From contig JAUGWO010000003.1 of NCBI GenBank assembly GCA_049724395.1, positions 62,001-107,659 of the forward strand: a DNA stretch of 45,659 nucleotides, given 5' to 3'. Positions 21,749 through 31,865 of the stretch are shown piece after piece. The DNA comes from Spongospora subterranea f. sp. subterranea. Its lineage: Eukaryota. The notes under the pieces are model-generated. The model was not told the origin of the DNA. It ran no database searches and saw only the letters and a list, made by a program, of their open reading frames with translations. Numbering within the stretch: the first letter of the stretch is position 1; each line of letters starts with the position of its first letter. The position numbers and the translations under genes are program-made.

Positions 21749-23857
21749 GTTGGCAGAGTCAACTCGTCTAGAGAGTCAACTCAGTCTAGAGCCAATACAG
21801 GTGTTGGCAGAGTCAACTCAGTCTAGAGCCAATACAGGTGTTGGCAGAGTCAACTCATTCTAGAGCCAATACAGGTGTTGGCGAGTCAACTCAGTCAGAG
21901 CCAATACAGGTGTTGGCAGAGTGTCTAGAGCCAATACAGGTGTTGGCAGAGTCAACTCAGTCTAGAGCCAATACAGGTGTTGGCAGAGTCAACTCAGTCT
22001 AGAGCCAATACAGGTGTTGGCAGAGTCAACTCAGTCTAGAGCCAATACAGGTGTTGGCAGAGTCAACTCATTCTAGAGCCAATACAGGTGTTGGCAGAGT
22101 CAACTCATTCTAGAGCCAATACAGGTGTTGGCAGAGTCAACTCATTCTAGAGCCAATACAGGTGTTGGCAGAGTCAACTCATTCTAGAGCCAATACAGGT
22201 GTTGGCAGAGTCAACTCAGTCTAGAGCCAATACAGGTGTTGGCAGAGTCAACTCAGTCTAGAGCCAATACAGGTGTTGGCAGAGTCAACTCATTCTAGAG
22301 CCAATACAGGTGTTGGCAGAGTCAACTCAGTCTAGAGCCAATACAGGTGTTGGCAGAGTCAACTCATTCTAGAGCCAATACAGGTGTTGGCAGAGTCAAC
22401 TCATTCTAGAGCCAATACAGGTGTTGGCAGAGTCAACTCAGTCTAGAGCCAATACAGGTGTTGGCAGAGTCAACTCAGTCTAGAGCCAATACAGGTGTTG
22501 GCAGAGTCAACTCAGTCTAGAGCCAATACAGGTGTTGGCAGAGTCAACTCATTCTAGAGCCAATACAGGTGTTGGCAGAGTCAACTCAGTCTAGAGCCAA
22601 TACAGGTGTTGGCAGAGTCAACTCATTCTAGAGCCAATACAGGTGTTGGCAGTCAACTCATTCTAGAGCCAATACAGGTGTTGGCAGAGTCAACTCAGTC
22701 TAGAGCCAATACAGGTGTTGGCAGAGTCAACTCAGTCTAGAGCCAATACAGGTGTTGGCAGAGTCAACTCAGTCTAGAGCCAATACAGGTGTTGGCAGAG
22801 TCAACTCATTCTAGAGCCAATACAGGTGTTGGCAGAGTCAACTCATTCTAGAGCCAATACAGGTGTTGGCAGAGTCAACTCAGTCTAGAGCCAATACAGG
22901 TGTTGTCAACTCAGCAGTCAACTCAGTCTAGAGCCAATACAGGTGTTGGCAGAGTCAACTCATTCTAGAGCCAATACAGGTGTTGGCAGAGTCAACTCAG
23001 TCTAGAGCCAATACAGGTGTTGGCAGAGTCAACTCAGTCTAGAGCCAATACAGGTGTTGGCAGAGTCAACTCAGTCTAGAGCCAATACAGGTGTTGGCAG
23101 AGTCAACTCAGTCTAGAGCCAATACAGGTGTTGGCAGAGTCAACTCAGTCTAGAGCCAATACAGGTGTTGGCAGAGTCAACTCAGTCTAGAGCCAATACA
23201 GGTGTTGGCAGAGTCAACTCAGTCTAGAGCCAATACAGGTGTTGGCAGAGTCAACTCAGTCTAGAGCCAATACAGGTGTTGGCAGAGTCAACTCATTCTA
23301 GAGCCAATACAGGTGTTGGCAGAGTCAACTCAGTCTAGAGCCAATACAGGTGTTGGCAGAGTCAACTCAGTCTAGAGCCAATACAGGTGTTGGCAGAGTC
23401 AACTCAGTCTAGAGCCAATACAGGTGTTGGCAGAGTCAACTCAGTCTAGAGCCAATACAGGTGTTGGCAGAGTCAACTCAGTCTAGAGCCAAACAGGTGT
23501 TGGCAGAGTCAACTCAGTCTAGAGCCAATACAGGTGTTGGCAGAGTCAACTCAGTCTAGAGCCAATACAGGTGTTGGCAGAGTCAACTCAGTCTAGAGCC
23601 AATACAGGTGTTGGCGAAGTTGGCAGAGTCAACTCAGTCTAGAGCCAATACAGGTGTTGGCAGAGTCAACTCAGTCTAGAGCCAATACAGGTGTTGGCAG
23701 AGTCAACTCAGTCTAGAGCCAATACAGGTGTTGGCAGAGTCAACTCAGTCTAGAGCCAATACAGGTGTTGGCAGAGTCAACTCAGTCTAGAGCCAATACA
23801 GGTGTTGGCAGAGTCAACTCAGTCTAGAGCCAATACAGGTGTTGGCAGAGTCAACTC
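21749..23857. repeat. Tandem minisatellite, 37-bp unit, ~57 copies
   Basis: Unit GTGTTGGCAGAGTCAACTCA(G/T)TCTAGAGCCAATACAG. Confidence 0.98.
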
Positions 23858-24120
23858 GACTGAATTGATTCTTCACACCGATGACGGTCGTTGTTCGACA
23901 AACGTTGAACGCGGTGCTGTAGAAAATACTCACATTCAAACCGAGCCTCGCCGGTACGGTCACCCAGGAAAAGAGGCAGGGGTGCAGACGATGTTAGTAG
24001 GTACTGAACTGTTAACAAGCGAAGTTGTCCTTCTTTTAAGCAATTGACTTTGAATTGATCAGCGTTAGTTCGACCGCACGGGGAAAGGTTTCGGCCTGTA
24101 TCAAGGCTGGGGCAAGTCCA

Positions 24121-24288
24121 ATCTTCTATGCCCTCAGAGAGCGCTTTTTCGGATCGCGGTCACTTTGTATTCCCGACAGGTCACGCTTGAAGGACGACAA
24201 TATCTCAATGATGATGAAGCTTCGGTCGTGGAACCGCTTGATGAGTAATTAGAAACCCCAGTACTGTACCTGTCTATCAATTCAACAT
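24121..24288 (+). mobile_element. hAT transposase C-terminal dimerisation-domain fragment (copy 1)
   Basis: SSMPSESAFSDRGHF/PDRSRLKDDNISMMMKLRSW with a 1-nt frameshift matches the hATC motif S..SE..FS..G…..R.RL…..….L.SW. Confidence 0.85.
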
Positions 24289-24394
24289 CAGATTTGGTGG
24301 AAAATTTCAAGGACGACACAGGTGGTGTACTTGACAGTAAGGGTGTCCATAGGTAGCCGGCGATTCTGGCAAATGTTGAACGATCTTGTTTTCA

Positions 24395-24660
24395 ATGTTG
24401 AATTGATAGACCTGGGTTAATTGAGTATTCATCAAGCGGTTCCACGACCGAAGCGTCATCATAAAGTCGAACACCTGGGCGTTCGACTCTATAACTGAGA
24501 TATTGTCGTCCTTCAAGCGTGACCTGTCGGGAACTACAAAGTGACCGCTATCCGAAAAAGCGCTCTCTGAGGGCATTGAAGATCCCATGCACATTAGAGT
24601 AATCACGCGCCAGAAGTGCAGTTGTCGGAAATCGTTTTTGGTCAATAGAGGTTCCACCAC
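24395..24660 (-). mobile_element. hAT transposase C-terminal dimerisation-domain fragment (copy 2, inverted)
   Basis: TLMCMGSSMPSESAFSDSGHFVVPDRSRLKDDNIS…MMTLRSWNRLM. It is the reverse-complement match to 24121-24288, with a 33-nt insertion. Confidence 0.85.
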
Positions 24661-24930
24661 TGCAACACGCCGTCACAAGTATCGCCACTTGTGTGAATTT
24701 GAGAAATTCATCAACTTCATCAGCATGGGTGACACGATTTCGTCGTAGTCATCAAAGGGCTCGAAGGCGGAGATGGGACAAACTCATCTAAATTAATATT
24801 TCAAAATTTTCAAAAGAAATAGTATTCAATTTTTTTCCTCATCAACGAAGGTTTTCACCACAAGAACTCATTTCGGAAACGAAGCATTGACAAGCCGCAC
24901 GGTAAAAATGCAAGTCCGTGAAGCCGGCTA

Positions 24931-24950
24931 ACTGCCGTGGACAACCCCTA
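24931..24950 (-). mobile_element. Possible orphan hAT terminal sequence
   Basis: Minus strand reads TAGGGGTTGTCCACGGCAGT, a hAT-like TAGGG start pointing toward the minus-strand hAT fragment. GCCGT/CACGG motifs are nearby. No partner TIR found. Confidence 0.35.
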
Positions 24951-25258
24951 CTTGACAGTCCGTCATGCCAAAAGTGCCGAAAAAGCCCAAGTGCCGTATT
25001 TTTACCATACCTGTTTATGTGCCAGGGGGTCAATTATACAATACAAAGCTGATAGGTACGTTACTCCGTGCCGTACGGTATTTTAGTGCGACAGTGAAAC
25101 AGCTATTGCGCGGCCTTCCTATGTCGCACTCGGGGATCAATCATGAAAGATGAAACGCATCAGCTCATGTGGTTGCGCCGCTTGTCCTTGACAGTCCTGG
25201 ATTTCTCCTGGATATTTGTGTAATCCATTCGCGTTTTGGTGATCGAGCGGGTGGGCGG

Positions 25259-28200
25259 ATGGCGTCCGCTGACCTTCCCCTGCTGAGCGATGATCGGGGA
25301 TGGGATGAGCTGTCTAGCGATATAGCGGCTGACTATAGTGATTGGACCCCGTATAATGAGTCGGTCTATAACCCATACAGTATATTGAACATGTAAGCCG
25401 GGATCCAAAAAAAAACACACACACATTTAAAACATCGCTGCCGAAACCATTTTGTTGACACTTCATCTCGCGTCGCCCCATTTCGGCATACACATCGTTG
25501 CGGATCAATAACCACTTTAAATTTACACGATTTTGTCGAGATCGTTTCCTGCCGTTTCTTCCATTTGCATTTATTCGAAACGGGGCTATTTTGCTGCTTT
25601 TCGGTTTTGCGCTCTCATTCGCAAGAATTCTGGGGCTGTTTCTGTTGATGCGATGGAAATGTGTCAAAAATTACGGCGCTGATTGGTGGCATGTTATCAG
25701 ACCCGTGAACAGTTCCCCTGGCGTTATGAAATCCCAGTATCGCCGCCTCAGTCGAATATTCCATCCTGATCGACAATCCACTCCATCGCTTTCGTCCCGG
25801 ACGATCTTCCCCATCATATCTAGCGCCAACTCGATCCTATCCGTTCCCTCGTCCCGTATCTCGTTCAATCTGCTTGGATCTGGCCCCAATCCATCACCTG
25901 TAATTGTTTTCACCGATCAGCTCCCTCATACGATTTCAACTTGCTCTTCATCTGTTGGTTTTTGTAGATTTCTCTTTTTGTTTTGTATTTCCAAGTATTC
26001 GGTCTCTGTTTCGTGCAAAATCGTTTTGCGTGTTGAACTCGTTGAAAAATTTTACAAAAGGCAGATGCGATGTTTGTTTTTACGGTCGATGTTTTTGTGT
26101 TGGCAACCTGGGGGGAATCTTAACTGTGGGCTTTTGCTGGCAGAATCTGGGTATTGATTCGTTTACCGAGTCGCTGCTCACCGATGAGTCGATCGCCGAT
26201 CAAGTTCTGGACCGGGCCATACAGGTCGAGCTGCAGCATAGAGAGCATCAGACTCAACTCCAGCTCGACTGTAAATCTGGTATCAGCCCATTTCATTCGC
26301 GACATGTCTCCGGCTTTTACCACTTGAGATTTGTTTTTCTTTTGTTATTCATCAATTTATCAAATCTGTCACCATATTTTTATACATGTTTTTTTTTTCT
26401 CTCCAAACGGCATAACCCATAATTGTTTTTACGATTGAGACGGTAAAATGGATGATGTATTCTGTTTTGTTTTGTTCAGATTGCTGTTTTCTATAGTCAT
26501 CTTGCGTTTATCAACAATACCCTTCATCCTTACGTGGGGATTGATGCTGCCAGCTAGATCAATAATGTCGTATGCCCAGGACCGCCGGATCAAACGTCAT
26601 CCCAGATTCAGAGCCATGTTCTGATCGGTGATAGCATGGACTCGTTCGGGTTGGGTGGAGTCGTGGCGACTTCGCCTCAGGGTCGGTCGCTGTCGTCACT
26701 GCAGTTATCATGGTAACATTCACCAGCGACCTCTTTCCACGTTCATCATCGTTAAAACATTTTTGCATCCTTCACCGTTCGCCTTCAAGTTTAAACAACC
26801 ATGACAATTTTGTTGAAATGCCTTTGCAACATTCGACCACATCATGCGATCCGTTTTCAAAGACTGTTTGCATTTATCGTTGCAACTCTGGTCAGGTCAC
26901 GATTATATGATCGATATACGTCGTGGAAGATGGCGCTGTCGCTAGGATTGTCGCCTTCCCTGGATCTGTCGACCAATCACAAGCTTTCGTGGGCGTCGGC
27001 CGCGACCGTGGGCCTAACAATTCGTCCCCTGACCCGCCGCGTTCTGTCCTATTGGATCAGGGCCACGCATGGGTTCTCCAGCGCCGTCGTTGGCGTGTTG
27101 GATATCACGCTCGGCCCTAGACCATCCTTATCTTTGGCATTGACAAACCGTCCCAAACTACGAACAGGTAGTTTCCGAGGAACGTTATTTATGTTTTTCG
27201 ATCAGTTTACCATTCTGTTCTACAAGAATGTTTCGCCTATGAACATCATTTGACGGACGTTTTCCTTACCGATCAATACTTTGGCGATGTTTAGTGATCT
27301 TTTCAATGTCTCGCGGGTCGTGTTGGTTTTCAGCATTTTTGTACAGCCGTGTTGGCGGTCCTTGGCATCTTTGTTTAGTGGTTTGGTTCCTTTGTGAATA
27401 GGGCTCATTCATAGCAGCGGTGATGTTCGTATATCGGGTGCCAATACGGGTTTTGGGGGCAAACTTGTTTATCGTTTGAGTCCACGATATAGTGTCAGTA
27501 ACTCGATTAGCTCTCATTTTCACAATCATATCGTCTCGTTACGTTTGTCAACTTTATTGTTCTCTTCATCCATGAAAGGGCCTATCATTTATCTTTGCGC
27601 TTTGCTTGAGGTTTCGCTGTTCATGTTATGACGGTCTGAGTTTCTGACAACTGAATTCGGGGCTCGTCGCACAGATATGTGGTCTGATCACCGGATACCT
27701 GGACGATATGGGCGTCGAACTGGGAATCAAGCGGTCATTTCAGCCCACATCTCTATCGCTGCAGTATTCCTTGCTGGCCAGCGCACGTGATGGGCTGCAG
27801 TTCAATTTCACGTTGGAGAAGGGCAATTGTCGATTCACATTTCCTCTGCCATTACTGGTTAATATTCACGATTCATCTGTTTTTTTCAAAATCAAAATTG
27901 CTAGTTGATGTTTTTGCTGTTTGCGATTGGTTGACAACAGCCAATTGTCAGACATGGTACATAATGTTTAATTCTTTAAAATTTATACTGCACCTGAACT
28001 TGTCATTTGATTGCCGTGTTATCGGTTCGTTCATTCATCAAAATTGTCAAAATTGCTCTATTTTCAGACGGTTTTGGAATCTGTTTTGCTTCCGATTTGC
28101 GATTTCAACACTCGGCTTTGTTCAGCATGATGACGGTGATGTGGCGGTGAGATGGAAACTGTTGGCCGTTTTCCCGATCATATTCAGTGTGGCGTCTGCT

Positions 28201-29008
28201 TTCGTCGCTAGATCCTACCGCACCAAGTATTCCGCTTACGGTCTGGAGTATATCAGGCAACGCCGCGAGGCGCTGCAGTTTCAGAGAGAGCATATTAGAG
28301 ATGCGGATCGCATCAGGCAAGACCAAGAAGGTTCGTCGTTCTGTTACATCATTATCGCAATCCTGCGGTCTTTGTTTTGCTATCTTTTTTCTGACGTTTG
28401 AACACTATCTCGTTTCCTCAACATTTGTCCAATGCCAACGAGCCACAGATCTGTAATACCTTCTCAATTCGTTTGTCCATTTCCCGAAACACAAATGTGA
28501 ATGCGCTGATATTGTTTTACAGATCGTAATGGCTTGGTCATCGTCAACGCCGATTTTGGCGATTTGTTTTTGGGTGAAGATTTGAACTCCGACACCGGCG
28601 GTGATGATGACGCGGACGATAACGCTAGAGACCCCGAACAGAAGTTCAGAGACTTGTTCCCAACCACTATGGACGCCATCGTAATCCTTTTTTATTTCAC
28701 CATGCTAGGATTTTGTCATATGATTTCTCGATAAAGGTTTCTTAATATCCATTCTTATACAGACCATCATCATCTTCGATTTGCTAATATTGCGCATGAT
28801 TTAGGTTCCATTGCAGCTGCAAGTCCATGACGGTCGTATCGTGCTCCCGGGCCCAATTTCATCGGTCCCCGGTCTGTTCTCGATCCGCAATGGCGCTCTG
28901 TGCCGTCTGCGCCTACATTATCGCTACGATGGCGTTGATCATCACTGTGTTGTGTCGGATCAGGAGGGTCTAGATCTCCCCAATCCGCAACATATTTCAC
29001 AATTTTAA
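25259..29008 (+). CDS. DNAJC11: DnaJ homolog subfamily C member 11-like (J domain plus DUF3395-like C-terminus), about 9 exons
   Basis: YNPYSILNI|PVNSSPGVMKSQYRRLSRIFHPD is a J domain (intron 25393-25700). The middle exons are beta-strand-rich. The C-terminus reads GLVIVNADFG…PLQLQVHDGRIVL…VPGLF…LRLHYRYDGVDHHCVVSDQEGLDLP. Internal exon boundaries are partly approximate. Confidence 0.82.
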
Positions 29009-29807
29009 TCGCTCATGTTCTAATATACCCATATATTCTCGTGTTTTGATTTCGCATTCGCGATCAAACCCCATCGCAAAGTTTAAGAAATCATGTTGGG
29101 TCCAATATCACCTGATGAAATCGGCATTGAACCTGACGGATGGCGAACCATTATTGAAGTGACCAACGTTTTTTCAATCCTGTCAAGAGCATAAAGTTTG
29201 TCCCAATCATCCATTTCATGAAATGTCGTTCGGAATTGTGGAGACAGTTTCTGGAAGACCAATCGATCACGGTCGAGCGACACGAAGACGTTAATATTTA
29301 CTGATTCGTGTTGCCTGCGGTGGAAATTAGTACAACAAGTTGGGTCAGCTTCGAATTTAACAATTCGTATCAATTACGCCAGTGCATCTGGTTACGCGGA
29401 ACCGCAACAAAATTATAAGGCTTGCCGTTTTCGACTTCACCGCAGACGAACCCAATACTCGGACAGAACAGTACCTATTTTCACCCTAAAATTCTAGCCC
29501 GATCGCGCCATTCGCCGCAGGGTGTGTTCCCCCACAAACCATTCAGCTATGATCCGATCGCCAATTGCCTCTAGATGGCTCGACGAGTTGGTGACTGTCG
29601 TTGTCGAGCCAGATGGCGCACATGGTTTAACTAACCTGACGCTGTAGGAACCACAGCAGCCGCCCGCACTCACCAAACCCAAACACCTAATGCAATGGCA
29701 GCACCTCAACAATGACCCGATCGAAACGATTGTTCGTCCCTGACCCGGCAAGTTTGGTACAATGTCGTTGCGGTGCCAGATGGAGCAATCATTTCAACGG
29801 AAAACCT

Positions 29808-30250
29808 GTAAATCTCGAACTGACGGATCCATGTCCTGAGGTATCGCGAATCGCCATCGAACAAAGGGTGGCAGGTCGACCTTGGGCTCTCAGCGGTATG
29901 GGCGGTCGATCTCTGTGCAGGCGATGCTGAGGCTAAGAGAATGGCGATGGCAGCATTGAAATGGTCCTCCCATCGTCCCGTCAATCTTTCAAGCATCATG
30001 GACCTCAATGAAGTTCAGCAGTGTGATCCTGCAGGCGATGGCCATCACAGGCCCAGGCGATGGGAGGACCATTATCAATGCTGCCATCGTTTTTGCTTAG
30101 GCTCGGCATCGCCTGCAAAAGAATCGACGCCCATATCCATGTACCTCCTGCTAATCCCGCTACCCGAGAACCAAAAGCCTGTCGGCCACCCTTTTTCAGA
30201 CGGTAATCCGCGATAGCTTAGAACATGGCTCCGTCAGGTTCGAGTCTTAC
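29808..30250. repeat. Diverged inverted duplication (arms ~29808-29975 and ~30058-30250)
   Basis: CGATGGCAGCATTGA-AATGGTCCTCCCATCG, TGCAGGCGATGC, AAAGGGTGGC and CTCGAAC-TGACGGA.CCATGT blocks all have colinear reverse-complement partners. Confidence 0.9.
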
Positions 30251-30645
30251 CTCGCCCTCAAACAGCAGATTATTAACGCTACTGACAATCGGCAGGTTTT
30301 TTGCTGGGGATCACAATCGGTGAACGGCGAAACATGCTGTCACAACGCTGCCGGCGCATCCACATGGCATCCGCTGCGAGCGCCACCCGGTATTGCCAAA
30401 ACACGACAAACTTCGGTGGAAAGTTTGACCTGCGCAGTCCAAACTTTTTCGACGCGTGAGACACTGTTGGGAGTTGTTACACATTGTGAGTTATGTGGTG
30501 TATATATGTTGCAGTGCGAGAGTGTGTCTGCTCGACCCCCCTAATTTAAGGTGGTGCTTTGTCCTCGCCCCATATCCCGTTTGAGATCAGCCCATTGTCG
30601 TTCGCGCCATCGTCGCCAGCACAGTATCAGCATACAGCCCTAGCC

Positions 30646-31804
30646 ATGTCCTGTCAGTCGCCTTCATGCTAAAATTGTTTTCTAGCTGCTATCCTCGTTT
30701 CCGCTTCTGGTTCCCAGTTTCTCCTTGTTTTATGGAATCAATTTTTTGCTATGACGCGTTTATTTTGCTGATTTGTTTACAGATGATCGCGCGTTGACAA
30801 CATTTAGTCCCGGTAAGTCAAGGCATTGTATATTTCATGTTAAACGTTAAGGCGAAACAATTAGATGGTCACCTGTTTCAAGTTGAATACGCAATGGAAG
30901 CTGTTCACAAAGGAGCAACAGCTGTACTGTAGAGGCACATGATTCTATCGCCATTCAACTAAATCTGCCATCCCAGATTGGTATTAGAGGTCCGGATGCG
31001 ATTATCCTTGCTGTTGAGAAGAAATCTACTGCAAAATTGCAGGTGCGTGCTCGTATTGTGTTATTTTATAGTTTCAAGACACACTAAACATCACTGAAAG
31101 GACTCAAGAACAATTAAGAAGGTAGCCAAGCTTGATGACCATATCGTGCTGGCATTTGCTGGATTGACGGCCGATGCGCGCGTGTTGGTGAAGCTGGCCC
31201 GTCGCGAGTGTCAATCGTATCGATTAACTGTCGAAGACGCGTGCTCAGTAGAATATATTGCCCGATATATCGCCCTGCAACAGCAGGAATACACCCAGGT
31301 AATCAGCACAACATTAGCCCATCGACACAACTGTGAGCTGATCGAATCGGTTAGCGCGGTGGTCGTCGCCCGTTCGGCATATCGACGTTGATCATCGGGT
31401 TTGACAACGACGGCACCCCTCGTTTATACCAGACCGACCCTTCCGGTACTTACACGGCGTGGCGAGCGAACGCCACCGGTCGCAATTCCAAAACTGTTCG
31501 CGAATTTCTAGAGACTCGCTACCAGGATAATCAGACCGCCGATGTACGTTATCCGTGAATAAGAATTGTATTCGCAAGAAAAATTCACATAAGTTGATAG
31601 GAATCAACCAAGCTCGCCGTGCGAGCTCTACTTGAGGTAGTAGAATCGGGCAGCAAGAATATTGAGATTTCTATATTGCGGCGCGGCGCCGCTCTTGAAT
31701 ACCTGTCCGAGAAAGAAGTCGACGATCTAGTTACCGAAATAGAGGCCGAGAAAGCCAAGGAAGAAGCCGAGAAGAAGGCCAAGAAATCTGAAGGCAATAA
31801 ATAG
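30646..31804 (+). CDS. PSMA7: 20S proteasome subunit alpha type-7 (alpha-4 / PRE6)
   Basis: [26 protein letters not shown]…[18 protein letters not shown]…[11 protein letters not shown]…[11 protein letters not shown]…[16 protein letters not shown]…LYQTDPSG…[14 protein letters not shown], across six GT-AG introns. Confidence 0.96.
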
Positions 31805-31865
31805 TGTACCGGCTATAATAAATGGGTTGTATCCTTCTACAGCTGTTTTGCTAAGTTCGTATAAT

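Noticed and set aside
6400..23857. CRISPR-like arrays (palindromic 37-40 bp repeats)
   Set aside because: The units are directly head-to-tail with no unique spacers, there are no cas-like ORFs, and the context is eukaryotic.
25498..26422. Hydrophobic, membrane-like ORFs overlapping the J domain (25498-26157, 25904-26422; likewise 27787-28401)
   Set aside because: The Phe/Leu-rich parts are read-through of T-rich introns. Splicing at 25393-25700 gives a proper J domain.
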